From Tubulanus polymorphus (Eukaryota > Animalia > Nemertea): a stretch of 64,000 nucleotides of DNA. Made by a program: the position numbers and the translations under genes. How positions within the stretch are numbered: the stretch's first letter is position 1; each line of letters opens with the position of its first letter. Shown here piece after piece: positions 50,093 to 64,000 of the stretch. The stretch is taken from assembly GCF_964204645.1 (NCBI RefSeq), contig NC_134028.1, positions 8,184,001 to 8,248,000 on the forward strand, in the 5' to 3' direction. The notes beneath the pieces were generated by a model. That model made no database searches, was not told the DNA's origin, and saw nothing but the letters and a program-made list of their open reading frames with translations.

Positions 50093-51795
50093 ATGGCTAT
50101 AGCATCTGGGTTTATTCGTATGCATTCGCAAGTAAGTGGTTGGAAGAGTTTTTTTCTATCGTTAGCGATGAATTGGATTTTTTGTTCGATTAAATGTGCT
50201 TAACAATCAAACTGATGTAATTCGTCTGCGCGATGAAGACTACGTACATAACATATATTTAGAATGACAACATAATATACATATTAGAAATAATAGAATT
50301 TTCATGTCAGACCCCTATTATGGATGTCATGTTTGACGAGTCAGTCGATGCTTAGTTCATCCTGTGCGGTGTATCCAGTCACATGTCTATCAGAGAAGTC
50401 CTAGTTAGGTAGCTTTCGTCATTATAACTCAAATGGTAACACGAGAATCATAAAAAAGGATCCTCCATATATACATCGATGCCAATGATTCCATTCATGG
50501 AGGAAGGCGTTTATGGTAGGATTTGAGAGTTGGTAAAAAGGATGCACATTTTGTGTAGGTACATAGTTGATAAAAAGAAAAGATATCTTTGAAAAACTAG
50601 GAACTGTATTTGTAAATAGCCACTATTGAGATGTACTCTATAAAAAAACATTGGACCCTTTAAATATCTACATAAATCTAAACATTTCACCATCTGTACT
50701 AAGTTGATATAGACTTTGATAATGTGGCAAACTTAATTATAAGCATTCCATCGATTTCAGGTGCAGCAATATGGAGATGTACCGGCAATTGAGACTATGA
50801 TACAATCGAACTGTGGACGGATTGGTATGTCGGCAAACCTCCCCATTAATTTTACCCGACCGAGTTCTATGTATTGCCTGCCTTCACAAACGACTGTACA
50901 AACTCCTCACCCCTACCGAGGGTATCACCAGGACCCGCGGTACTGTCAACAAAACGCATTGAAAGCGACGTTCGAACTGTCGCATCACAATTCACGGCAA
51001 CAAATGTTCAAATGTGCTTCAAATATCGAACAACGTTTGGATTTTATGGCAATGCCTCACCAGTTAGCCGCTCACCCGCCGTCGGCTATGGTCACGTCTG
51101 TGCCAACCGGGAATCTGTCCCCACCGCCGGCTCACGAGGCCGATATACCCTGGTGGAGTGTTGGTCACGCGGGACAAACGGCGCTGCATCATCATTCACT
51201 TCCGGTCACAGCAGCGCAGCGATCGATGGCCTACCATCAACCGATATCGAACTTGTATCAAGATCACAGTCAGCTCATTGAAGCGCCCGGGAAATCAGCG
51301 GCACCCACTGTTGCGCGTAGGTGTCGCCGCTGTCGCTGCCCGAACTGTCAAAACTCGACAAACTCCGATCCGAACAAACCGAAACAACACATATGTCACA
51401 TTCCAGGTTGCGGGAAGATTTACGGCAAAACGTCGCATTTGAAAGCGCACTTACGCTGGCACGCGGGGGAACGGCCGTTCGTTTGTAACTGGTTATTTTG
51501 TGGGAAAAGTTTCACTCGCTCGGACGAATTGCAGCGCCACCTACGCACGCACACGGGCGAAAAGAGATTCGCGTGTGCGGTTTGCGCGAAACGATTCACC
51601 CGCAGCGATCATTTGAGTAAACACGTGAAAACACACGAAAATAAAACTCAGAAAGCGAAGACGTCTTGCGCAAAAAGCGGCATAGAAAACCTCCCCGAGG
51701 AACCCGTTCAGAAAAACACAAGCTCGTCTTCTGACAGTTTTTCAGACAATGAAAGTGTCTCGGACTGCGAGGAAAATCTTATCGTCGACATTTGA
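50093..51795 (+). CDS. SP5: Transcription factor Sp5/buttonhead, ~357 aa
   Basis: Exon 1 50093-50131 ([13 protein letters not shown], gtaagt donor) and exon 2 50761-51795 (tttcag acceptor); PWW motif, Btd box [11 protein letters not shown], three Sp-type C2H2 fingers ([30 protein letters not shown]). Confidence 0.92.
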
Positions 51796-53087
51796 ATCGC
51801 GGGATTAACGCACGGGGGCTTGTTTGAAGCAATGATGGTGTTATCCCGAGGTGTAGAGAATAAATACACTGTTGCTGCCTTAAACTAAAAAAAAATTGTT
51901 GTCAATCATTCTGCGCATTGGTGACCACAGTTTTTGTTATCCGGAGCGTTTTAGGATTTATTAGTTCATTGGATTTTTATATAACACTGGAATTTATGAA
52001 ATAATGTCGGAATAAGCAAACAATATGAATTTATTCGAAAAACGTGGTCTGGTGGGGTCGAGCCAATGGTATAGCTTTAAATTGCAATACCGGTGATGAA
52101 TTGTATTTTGAAACACATCGTGTTGAGCCAAACTATTTTTTATAAACATTCTCATATGGTATTGGCTCCTGCTTTGATATGCCTACTAGCTGGTAGCAAA
52201 TGCAGGTTCAAGGACCTGCCTTAACCAATCTAAACCCACCTACCAACTTGACACATCGGTTTTTGATTTAGGGCAATTTCTGAATTTAGTCTGCATAGCA
52301 TAGCTGTGCAAATTGGCTTATGGGTCTGTTATTTGGAAATTCTGTGTCTTCAATCGAAAGAAAGCTAACAAATTGCCTCGAAAAATGTACCGTTGCAGCG
52401 GTAAAACCATAAAGAAAGAGTTTTAAAGAAATCGTCCAGATTGAATATAACATTAATTCGTATGGGTGAAAAATCCCTTCAAAATGACTAATGCTGACAT
52501 TTCGGAGCACGACTTCGCGGGGCTCAAAATGTCTTGGTGGTGCGAAACCGTCAATATGTCTCTGTTAGTTAAAGCAAAACATAGTCTTTTTCAAGGGAAT
52601 TGTCGTCCGTAGAAAGTGTGCTATTTGACCAGAATGACTTAACAACTCATTCGGAAAATTATAAATAATCGTTATATTAAATAGATATAAATATATACTT
52701 ACATAGAAACATACATACATGTAAATTCGATTTTGTTAAATCATATTGATTTATGTATTACTAAATAAATATACATATATAGAAAATAACTATTTTCATC
52801 TCCGAGTCATATCAGCCAGGAACGCACTCCTCGGGCAGTTGACCCTCATTTTTTTGGTTTATCGGTTGTTCGTAAGGCGTCACATTTTTATGTGCACCAA
52901 AGAAATTTCTTATTGAAAATGGCCAATGGAATACATACATCGAAATAGATATGTTCACCTTCAGAATGTGGTGAAGACAAGACTGCTACACGAATGGCGA
53001 GTCAGAAGGTGTGGTTACATATTGCATGCAAATCACGTTAGTTTAGCCATTTTAATGCGCTAGTCCCTACTTAAGTTGAGACAACAA

Positions 53088-56000
53088 CTATAACTCGGTC
53101 GTCGAGATCGGTTTTTCATCTTTTTGCAGGTAGGAATCGGGTAACGGTTTCCCTACTGTTTCCGGTATAGACAATAACACCAATACACCAAAGCCGAACG
53201 TGAACGTGGCGTAAAGAATGTACGGAATGACAGGATGAATGGCTGTCTGAAAGAAAACGACATGGAAAACATCGATGTTAATGACTATGATAAACCTCTT
53301 GACAACGTTAACACATTAGCTCTAGTTACTCTGTGACAGGGCTCCGACTAAATACAACTAGATTTTGGGCGCTACGTAGATGACTGATGACTGATCTCTA
53401 GTAAACGTCGTCAGTATCTTGGAGCGTGTCGCCTGCTAGTTCGATACACTTGCTTCAAGGTTTGAAGTCACGTCGGGAGGTTAATGATAGTAATGATAAT
53501 CTTTATTTACATTGAAATTATAACATAATATAACACTCAGGTTGGTTATCTTCCAAGAATAGTAATTTCATTCGGCCTGTATCAATCATAATAAACAAGG
53601 TAATTCGAGGTGAGGTTACGTGAGGTGAGGTTACGTGAAGTTACGTGAGGGGATTCAACCACTCGGAGGTTTAGCTTGCTGATGGCATTTCTTGTTTGCA
53701 AACACGGCCATAAAATGAATAATCAACTTACTAAGAGTGAAATCTGAGGTGACAGAACAGCGGCGAACCTTACTGCCGCGCCTAACATGGCATTAGATAT
53801 ATTTCTGAAAATACAAATGAAACTTATCAGCCAACTTAACAGATTATATAGGTCTAGCAGAGGATGTTACGCACAGTGTTTGCTTGTTACACCCACTTAC
53901 TAACCCTGTCCTTAGAGAACCAACAAATATAATTGAATTCTGTACTTTTATTGCGATGCTTCCGCGGGGGACAAAGCGTTTGTAAGTTTTTTTTTCTTTT
54001 TGAGGTTTTGCGAAAAAAAAAGCCAGGAGAATATCCCTAAAAAGATACACCGAACAGAAAAATTTTGGTATTGAACACTCGCGAAAAGTACACGAGATTG
54101 TCTATGTTTTCCAGTGGCGGATCCAGTGAGTACCGGGGAAGGGGGCGCGACCCCTTTTTTCGGCAGTGTAACTTTAGAATCTTCTACCCTTTTCGTTTAA
54201 AATATGGTGAAATTGTGAACATATGTCATTACTTATTCTAAACAGGAAAGTGCTCAGAATGCATCTAATTTTTCAAAGTTTTCTGGAGGAGCATACCCAC
54301 AGCCGCTACATGTGAAAGGTGACCCAAGTAGGGAGTGCGCGCCCACTTTCCGAAAAGCTGGATCCGCCCCTGTTTTCCTATTCGTCTCTACTTTCTTATT
54401 CCTCCGATCCGTTCTTGAAAGTGTATTAGAAGATTTTGTTTACTGTACCTCATGAGAGTTGGGTAGAGCTCACAGCAGCTGGTAATAATTCCCGACCAAC
54501 ATCCCGCGCAAAGCGCCAACGATACTATAGCGGAGTAAGTAATGACCGTTCCGTATTCTTCAGATTTACCTATCAGTTCGATAGCAATTATTATCAAGTA
54601 ACAAATACCCATCATTACCATGTACATGCAAAATCCCCTAACACGACCCATCCTGAAAGAAATATTGAAAACGATCATATCAAAGAATTTCCACGTGCGT
54701 GCCTTATATTAGTAGAACTAGCCGTTTGGCTAAAACCTGACGAAAAGGACCCAAAATCAAATAAAATCAAAATCAATAAGAAGGACAATTCCAATTTCAT
54801 GATAAAAGAAAAACCGTATCATTATTCGTCCAAAATCCAATATTTTATGAATTGAAGATGTTTATGTATTCTAAATTCCATCCGCATACTTATTTTACTT
54901 CTTTGTAGAAGAAGCACGTCGGTCAACTGATGAATTTGTTTTCATAGAAACTTCATTTTCCTTCTATTGTCGAGTTGATACCATTTCTGATAAATGATCA
55001 TTTTCTTACCGGTTATTCGTGTACAGCGACACGATACCGACAAAGATGGAACCGCTTCCGCTGAAAGCCACATTCAAATACATATTACCCAATAAGGAGC
55101 TTATTGAGCTGTTAACTCCGTACCAAGTGAGGCCTAGGCCAAAACTGAAATTAAACACAGATTTTCACGACTAATATTTTTCATATCATTTACTTCTATA
55201 TTATTATGAATATATCGGCATTTACCTGGATAATGCGATGACGATTGTCCATTTAGAATATTCTTTGTTATGAAACAAATCTAGATACGTGCTTCGTTTT
55301 ACTGCGGACGAAAGTTCACTTCTTTGTAGATCTTCTAGAAATGTTGCTAAATCGTCTGGTGGACTGAGTCGGTTCAACCTAAAGGCTTTTCGTACCCAAT
55401 ATTCCGCACCTTTCAGTGATCCTTTCTGCACGAGCCATCTTGGACTTTCGGGATAGATACTGTATAACGATAAAAAACCATAATAGAATCACAACAATAA
55501 CACAATTCATTTTGAGATAAATGTATCACTTCGTCATGGCTTTATCGCTCATTCGACTCTCTACCAAGGTGTACTGTAAAACGAAGTGGATGTTTTATTC
55601 GAAATTAACACTAGCAGAAAAGCCTAAATGACTGGTTTCAATTGAGTCTGAACAATGAGAGTAGCTACATTTCATTTCCTTTTGAATGATTTCACCAAGC
55701 AAGAGACTGCTTTTCATTAAGTTTCGATGATTTCTATTCTCGGTCTTTGGATCCCTATGGGACACAGCCTCCATTGGCTCTCCAAGCATACCTCGTAAGT
55801 ATGCAACTACGTGTGTATGTTTTTCCTTGTTTGTAATCACATTTTTATTTAAAATGCATATATACATTGCGAATGGATATTATTACACACTGCAGAACTA
55901 ATTGATATTCAATCAAAACTGTTATTTCAAAAAAGAGCATAGACTATCGCAACAACGGGACCATCGAGGGCCCGCTACAATATGACGCCTAAAAACTGGA

Positions 56001-57833
56001 AACTTCTCTATTTCGTTATGGAACTCGATTATTGGGAAACTCGGCTACTCTACTTACAGCATGTAGACGGGAAGCAACGGAATAGTGATAAGTCCAACGG
56101 CAGTGGTTAAAGTCTTCCAATCTCTGCATAAATATGCCAATAATGCTACCACCACTGGCGAGAATTGCCAACTAAATCGCCAGGAAGCTATGATCCTCCA
56201 TTTGGGACTAATCCATTCTATACTCAGCACCGGTGCCACGCAAACTATTGCACCTTAAACAACAACAAATCCAAATTTTCAACCAATTTTGGTAATCTTA
56301 AACAAACATTGCCTGGTGATATTTGGCGAACGACAAAATGAGCTGCGCACTTTGCGTCCGCGTAGTATTCGGCCTCGGAAATCGATTTCTTTGTACGTTA
56401 GCGTCCTGGGACATGAGAAAAAATGTTTTATTCTGATTCATGAATCAAGAAAAGAAAATTTCTCGATGAGATATAACTCGTCAAAAAATCAATTGAATGA
56501 TAGAAATAATCATATCCCATTTACCGAAGAGATAGGCCTATTTCTCGTCAACATATCTAAAATCTTTTTCATTAAATCATAAATACATTCTAAAGCATGA
56601 ATGAAACATTGCCCTCTCGAGGCCATCTTTCCAATTAAAAAATTGTTTTTCCATTTTTGAATTGAAAAACATAGATACGTACGATTTTCTAATATAGAAA
56701 ACAATTAAAAGTGAAAGTTATCAGAAGAAATGTATGATTTTCTCCATAATATTACAGTGTTTAATCTTTTAAAACTTTTACCCCGAAATTAGTTTTAGTT
56801 TTTACCTGCTAAACAGCCGGTTATAAACCTGATTACGACGTAGGTGATATAAGATGAAGTAAATCTGAGGCCGACTTGCGATATCGACAACAAAATCCAC
56901 ATGATCAGAATCGTGTGTCTCCTTCCGTAACTATCGCAGACTTGTCCTCCGACGAACGCTCCGGGTATCAAGCCGACGAAGAAAACACTTTGAATCACCT
57001 TCGTTTTCCAGAACTCGCTGCAAATCAAGTTCCACTGAAAAAGTATAATCAAGCATTAACAGTGATTAATCTCTGTCCATCGTTTATGTCACTGGTTTTG
57101 ATTTCTACAATTCACATTTGCAATGAGCAGGCCTCGGGTGGGTGCGAATTCTATAGTGGCTGATTCGGGCCATGTAATAAAAAATCAAATACGTTACATT
57201 TTTATCTCGTTTTAACGTGGTAATTTTCGTTTTATTGCGCGATAAAACGACTTTTAGGCGTCTGTCAAAAATTATTTGCACCATTTGTGGTCTTATTTTA
57301 CATGGCCCGAATTAGGCACCATAAAATCCAGATATGTATGTAGAAATCATTTAACGGCCTAGTTGGCAATCGGCGAGCGCCTTAGTCGCGACCGCCCGCC
57401 CGATGAGTATTGTATTAGCTCAGCGAAGATTTGAAGATTTGACTCTTCAACCTACCTCTGTGAGCGCTGATGTAAAAGTCGGGTTGAAAGTTCGGTTGAC
57501 ACAAATTAAATTCTCAGTTGAACAGAATCCATCGGTAGAATTCGGCATCGATAAATTGACGCACGAATTGGCACACTCGATACTCGCACATTTCCATCCG
57601 GGATCAGCGCATTCAAATATAAAATACATCACCGATACTGTTCCGCTTAATTCTAACAAATTCGACATGACGAAAACCAACAATTGATAAAATCCCAAAT
57701 CGCCAAGCGACTCAAATATATCGTCGAATTTTACATCTATTCGATCACTCGGGCTGTTATTTCTTTCGTGTTTGTTGATGAAAGAAGTTTCTTCGTCGAG
57801 TGCCTCCACTTTGTTCTGTTCCGATTCAGCCAT
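53088..57833 (-). CDS. SLC22/organic cation transporter-like MFS protein A, ~535 aa
   Basis: Exons (minus) 57833-57456, 57034-56806, 56253-56058, 55459-55226, 55144-55010, 54652-54449, 53804-53732, 53246-53088; motifs TEWNLIC, DSYGRR, PESPRW, ELYPTLMR, PETxGKPLPD. Confidence 0.88.
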
Positions 57834-58868
57834 TCTGGTCGCTAAGTCAATCTATGTACATAATACGGACTACAATTGAATATTTTATATTTACGCGAAT
57901 GTATATATCGTGGTATGAACAATCAAAAAATCGTACCAAAAGGTTATCGCAAAAAGAAATAATGATTAATTCTTTTTAGGAATCTCGACGTTATTTACTT
58001 TTTTTTAAATGAACGAAGTCCTTGTTTTCTGTTCAAACATTTGCGGTTTATAGATTACGTTTCCAATTGAACATACGTCACCGGTTCGAAACCGTCAGAT
58101 AAGATACAAGAACATCGAAAACTCATCAACGCTTATTTTTCCTTTTATTACCTATGATTATAAATACTACATTCTCATTTCATGTACGCATCTCAAACAA
58201 TACTATCCGCTTGACCCAATTTTCCATATGATACATAGGTGCATGTATAAGTTTACATATTGTATAGAAATTGAATAAAGAACAAGAAAACTAACTTGAA
58301 AGTTTACTGACGCCTTGAAAACCAACACACATATTGCTCAATATTGTCGACAATAAAAGGGATGATGTTATTACTCATGTACTATAAAGTTATTTTTAAT
58401 GTATATTATAATATGAATATATTGATAATTGAATTGAATTGGCCAGCAACCAGTCTCACCCCGATATGACGTAGCACAGATCATCTCAAAATAATTATCA
58501 AAATTTATCAAAAATAAAATAAGATTTATGAAATATATCTAGTCACAAAATAAATACCAAAATATATAATTGTAATCATCATTGTCAATATTGATGACGT
58601 AGTGCAAATCGACTCACAGAGAACCCTTCAATAACGCATACTAGGTATCAATGTATATAAACATTATTGTGACGGTTTTTACGGCGCCAAAAAGACGTAT
58701 TGAAAACGATAGCTCCAAAAGAGCTCGTGGATTCACAACACCTTGTGATTACTAAACATGAAATAAAAACATCTGTTCCAAAGATTCTAAGAACTACGCT
58801 ATCATCTTTGGAATTGGTTGGATTTTTTTGTGTCGTCTCCGTGTAAGATCGAAGATCGTTGAAAATCG

Positions 58869-61800
58869 TTAACAATTTTCCTGGTCGACGTCGCGTTTTA
58901 CCGGCTGTTTATTTCGCTTATCGTGTCGGCTCGGTAGGTCCTCCGGTAAAGGCTTGTTCTTCGTTTCCGGTATCAAGAAGAGGACCAGAAATCCGGATGA
59001 GAACGAAACTGTGGCGTATATTATAAACGGAACCGAACTGTGAAAGGTGGCCTGAAACCGAACGGTAAAAGACATGCATGCAATGGCGAAAATATAGACT
59101 TTAAACCGTGAAGACAATATAGGCGTAGCCATGCAAATTAACGAACCAGGACCGAGGAGGGAACGGGATACACCAACTCAGAAAATCAAACGAAATCTAC
59201 TTATCAAATAGAAAACAGGGGAATCCATATTTTAAGATTTTTAAAAATGATAAAGGCCACGTTAAAGACGAAAAGTCGTGCTCTTTTTCGTTCTAACGTG
59301 GTTTTCTCGTGTTAACGCCACGTTGAAACCAACTTTTTGTTACAAAATGTTGGAAATGTTTCCAAACTCATCAGTATGGAGCAGAACTGACGAGGATGGT
59401 GCAGAAACCTCTCCGTTTCCTACGCGGCTTGAGTGGATTTCATGTGTCAGTGGCTTCGCCCGAAGAGAAACAAGAAATCTCAAAACAGCTAATTGAAATA
59501 TCTTTGATGAAAAACATATTCACGTACTTACCAATAGAAAGATAAAAGGTGCTGCTACTGAACCGACTCTGACTGCCATATTAGCGGACCCCGATGATAT
59601 ATTTCTGAAACAAATCAGGTTCACAATCAGTGAATATATTGCCCCCCCCCCCCGCATAGGTCCAGTTTCATAAAAAAAGGTTGAACTAAAATAAACCGTT
59701 TAATTGATTTGGTTGCTTTATGTTTTCAATGAGGACAACAATTCTAAACTTAACCATTTTACGACTCTTTTTGCCGAGGCAAATTTTCTAAACATTTTTC
59801 CAGATGCAACGGGTTTACCAGAAACTGATGGTAATTTCATATTTACAATGACTTTGTAAATACATCGAGATTAGTTTCATGAAACCTGGAACCGTATTCC
59901 AGAGCACCCATGCCTATACGTGACGCGTAACCTACGGGTGTTTCGTGGTATGGGTCCCTGTTTTGCATGCCGGTTATCATCATCATGACATCACAACGCT
60001 GATGCAACCTCTATGAAATGTTAAGTCGTCCTATGGAATGGGCAACAAGTTTCACAATACCTAGTAGGATTACCGTAACATCGGAATTCTCTTTTTAATT
60101 GATTATTCATTATCTAAACGATATCTTGCACGTAGATGGATTTTCTTTCATATCGGAGGATAACTGAAGTCCTAGAAGTCATTCAATGTAACTGTTACAG
60201 TTGAATTTAATGTACGACCGATTATCATAGATTCTAGACACCAGACAGATTCTAGACACTTTGACAAGATATTCCGGATTTGTAGGTAATTTTCCATGAT
60301 CATGATCACTTGGACGATCAGTTGGACTATAGGTCAAAATAATGAAAAAGTAAAGGTTTAGCATGTTAGAAATACGTATTTTTCAAGTGGATTGACAAGG
60401 AATTTACCTCATCAAAGTCGGATATAGCTCCAAGAAGCACATCCAAGCTGAACACCAAGCTCCCGACATTATTGACAAGGCTGCTAATGCAAAATAGGTA
60501 ACGACCATTGGATGATTGCGTGACCCTCCGGTAACATTCATTGCTAATATCACTAGATGACAGCAACCAGTCACAGAAATGTATAACATGAAACTCTTCA
60601 CACGGCCGATCCTTGTAAAATAGACGAAATATACGTTTTCCGGTTTGATATTGAAAATACCACCAAACTCTCATCAAGCCAAATCAGGAAAAACATGTTA
60701 AGTTGTGGGGTCTCGAGCAAATATCCCTTTCGTATTATCAAACGTATCATGAAATATTATTTGAGCAACTTACCATCTAGTAACGAAGGTAGCTAGAAGA
60801 CCCATGAATAAAGCTCCGATACCACTAACAGCTACATTGAGATAGATATTTCCAGTAAGTGAACTTATCGAAGAATTAATACCGTACCAGGAAACCGATA
60901 AACTAAACCTTAAAATGTAAAATAAGCAATTTCCAATGATGAAATTGACGGTTTCGCAGATATCCTAGTAAAAATGAGAAACATTTTAGTCTTACGCTAC
61001 ATATATAAGAACTACTGTCCATATTGACATTTTGCGGTTGTGGAATAAATCCAAATAAGTGTACGGTACAGTTCTTCCTTGTCGTTTATTTTCAGTTCTT
61101 GCTATGTCTTCTAAATACGCTCGCAAGTCGGTTTTCGGGGCTACTCGATTAAACCAAAAAGCTTTTCGGATCCAGTATTCAGCCTTATCGAATCGTCGTT
61201 TTTGTATAAGCCACCTGGGGCTCTCTGGGAAGAAACTTGAAAATATAACATGTATCAAGAAAATCGTACATTTAGTTCTAAATGAATTGTTACCGAAAAA
61301 CGAAATCTCTGGGCGATGGCGCTGGTTTCACCAGTACTTACAAATAATACAGAGGAAATAAAGGAATAGTGATAATTCCCATGGCTGTCGTTAGAACCTG
61401 CCATTCTCTGCATAAATACGCCAGCAATGCTACCAACATGCTGCCTATTTGCCAACTAAATCTCCAAGAAGGCAACGTTCGCCATTTAGGACTCATCCAT
61501 TCCAGAGTCAGCACTGGCGCAATGCAAAATACTCCCCCTGTATTGCGAATACAAAAGAATTAGAATACTCCTCATATTCTCTCGTATTCGTTAATGTGCT
61601 TTGATAATGTTTTTTTAGAAAAAATATCGATGCATTTACTCACCGGCAAGAAGACCCGTCATAAATCGTATGGCGCAGTAGACGTAATAGTTCGGCGAAA
61701 ATCTTAAACAAGTTTGAAAAAGTGCGAGTAAAAACCACGCGATGAATATCGACCATCTTCTTCCAAACGTATCCGACATTTGACCTGCGACGATTCCTCC

Positions 61801-62949
61801 GACGCCCAAAGCGGCGAAAAAGATACTGATGATCGTTTTGGCTTTCCAGAGATCTCCACAAACGAGGTTCCACTAAAAGGATATAAATTTTTGTACATTC
61901 TTTTGATGAAAGCATTACGTAGCGTAAACCGCTGCATTTCCGACATACGCCCGCCTAAACAGACACGACTTGTTTTAACATTAAAAATGCTACCTTCAGG
62001 GTTCATCGTTTTTGTTTATAGTTCGATAGCTTTTCATTTCGCAATTTTCTCATGATCATTTACTAAATTTTAGATTTTATCGCAAGTGACACTAAATGTA
62101 TGAAAAAACTATATGCATGCCTATTTTATTGAAAATCTTTATGGAGTCCAGGGCATACGACACTTACATTTCATTTTAGGATTATAGGACATGGCAAATA
62201 TCTTTTCAGATGTTCCTGAGGTCTTTTTATTAATTACCTGGATGATGGACGTTTTTTTTCAAGAAAAATGGGAAAGGAAAACATTTGCGATAAATGATTT
62301 GTAACAGCCGTTTTAGAATAAACATGAATTAAAAAAAATATATATAAAAATGGATTTTTTTATCACTCGAGTATCTTCCAAATCAATTTTTTTTTGAAAA
62401 GTTGTCATGAAAACAGAAAAAGGATTAACAAAATAGTTTGAAAATAATTTGATGATATATGCAGAATTCCGGCAGGTGAGTCCGTACTCCAAGTAATTTA
62501 AATAGTTCTAAAGGGCAATACACATCTAACATCTAAGAGCTGTGAAAAGAACATCAATTTGTAATGGAAACTTTTACCTCGGTTAGAGCTGATGAATAGA
62601 TCGGGTTGAAAGTTCGATTGACGCAACTTAAATCCTCAGTTGAACAGAAACCTTCAGGAGAATTCGGCAGTGTTGAATTGACGCAAGAATTTTCGCACTC
62701 GATACTAGCGCATTTCCATCCGGGATCAGCACATTCAAATATGAAATACATCACCGATAACGTACTGCTTAATTCTAACACATTAGCCATGATGAAAACC
62801 AACAATTGATACAATCCTAAATCGCCTAACGTTTCAAACATTTCATCAAATTCCGAATTTTCTCCAGATTTGTCATCTGGGATGTCATCACCGTTGAAAA
62901 ATGCCGTCTTTTCTTCAAGTTCCGTGTGATCATTTTTTTCGTCACCCAT
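58869..62949 (-). CDS. SLC22/organic cation transporter-like MFS protein B, ~543 aa, tandem paralogue of A
   Basis: Exons (minus) 62949-62578, 61872-61644, 61537-61342, 61235-60996, 60908-60774, 60611-60408, 59604-59532, 59051-58869; same intron positions as A; TEWNLVC, DTFGRR, PESPRW, ELYPTLMR, PETKNKPLPE. Confidence 0.88.
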
Positions 62950-63445
62950 AGCTCTGCACTGTTTCTCTGGTTGAACAACAAATATCACTGAACCTCATTG
63001 ACATTCAGGCGGTTTAATCAAAACTTTTTTTGTCGTCAAGCTTAGTTTATGTCAATTATGATTTTCACGAATCAATGGATCTTTTGTGTTGAAATTATTC
63101 ATTACATTCACACATGTTAGGTCAAAAATTCATAAACCCGACGTGACGTTCGAATAAGACCTGTGAGGGTATATTCCGACGGTACATTCCGCAAAGGGTG
63201 TCTGCTTTAGTTTGTCGCAGTGCCGTGTTCTACGTTCTTCCTTTTCTCTAATTCGTGAAAAAATTACTTTTTAACCACAATTACTTTCATTATTATTCTT
63301 TATCATTTGTCATTATTCATCGCGCTACTTATGTTACTACTGTAATAATTCATGTAGTGTATTATGTACCGTATACTAGACCAAGATGTCTAGAAAGATA
63401 TCTTTGACTGTACCCAAACGTTGTTGGAAGTCATTCATTCAAATC

Positions 63446-63780
63446 TACGGAAGCGTCCTGGGGACATTCTATTAAAAAAAAATTTCGAGGTTAGTACAGT
63501 ATAGTTTATTTTGCATAATAGATTGATACAAAGATATGTAATTATACAATACGATACAGTATGAAAATATAATAACAATCAATCATTGTAGCAATAGATT
63601 ATGCGAGGAATGGGAAAAATCGCATTTAAATGACAAATCTAGTTAATTCCGAGTTGCAAACTCGAAATAAATCTCAAGAAATCACATTTAATTGAGAAAA
63701 CTAGTTTATTCAGAGTTACAAACTCGGAATTAATCTCGAAAATTTGTTTTTAATAGATATGTCCCCAGGACGCTTCCGTA
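63446..63780. mobile_element. Non-autonomous IS3EU-like element (TACGG...CCGTA) with 6-bp TSD CAAATC
   Basis: Perfect TIR TACGGAAGCGTCCTGGGGACAT ... ATGTCCCCAGGACGCTTCCGTA; CAAATC at 63440-63445 and 63781-63786. Confidence 0.85.
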
Positions 63781-64000
63781 CAAATCTGTCTTCGCAATTA
63801 TATTCAAGCTAGCACGTTGAATGAATGGCTTTCAATATATTTCTGGTATGGTCAAAGATTTCTTCCAAGAATGAACAGTTATCAAGTTAAGGTGACAAAA
63901 TACTACAAAATGTATCATTTTTGAAACATATTTCAAACGAGGTTTATAACACGTAATGCTAAGGAAAAAAATCATACCTTGAAATGTTTCTCATTTCTAA

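Noticed and set aside
53605-53650. GAGGTGAGGTTACGT short tandem repeat
   Set aside because: Ordinary intronic minisatellite with no further structure
54653-54736. Longer exon 6 for SLC22 gene A using the AG at 54737
   Set aside because: Immediate in-frame TAG; the acceptor at 54653 gives 204 nt, matching the paralogue

Overview
Eukaryotic (invertebrate animal, AT-rich, short GT-AG introns) genomic DNA; the species cannot be determined from sequence alone. Gene order: 3' part of condensin II subunit NCAPG2 (+), a 15-exon prosaposin (+, SapA-6xSapB-SapA), a tandem prosaposin paralogue (+), an intronless peptide-type class A GPCR (-), Sp5/buttonhead (+), and two tandem SLC22/OCT-like transporters (-). 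Many non-autonomous DNA transposons (MITEs) sit in the introns. The most interesting biology is at the prosaposin locus. (1) Two duplicated, probably mutually exclusive, 63-nt exons encode alternative first helices of saposin domain 2 (N-glycosylation sequon vs Lys-rich); they are preceded by a 327-nt AG-free pyrimidine tract and separated by a 61-nt intron. (2) The paralogue killed one of these exons, deleted one saposin domain in frame, and triplicated a ~5.26-kb 7-exon block in frame, creating chimeric domains (11 SapB). It also lost the C-terminal SapA exon, yet regains a correctly spaced final Cys followed by a new stop. Also notable are nested IS3EU-like foldback elements with 6-bp TSDs and a repeated TCF+helper-like motif upstream of Sp5. 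All exon models were read by eye; no expression data or database searches were available.
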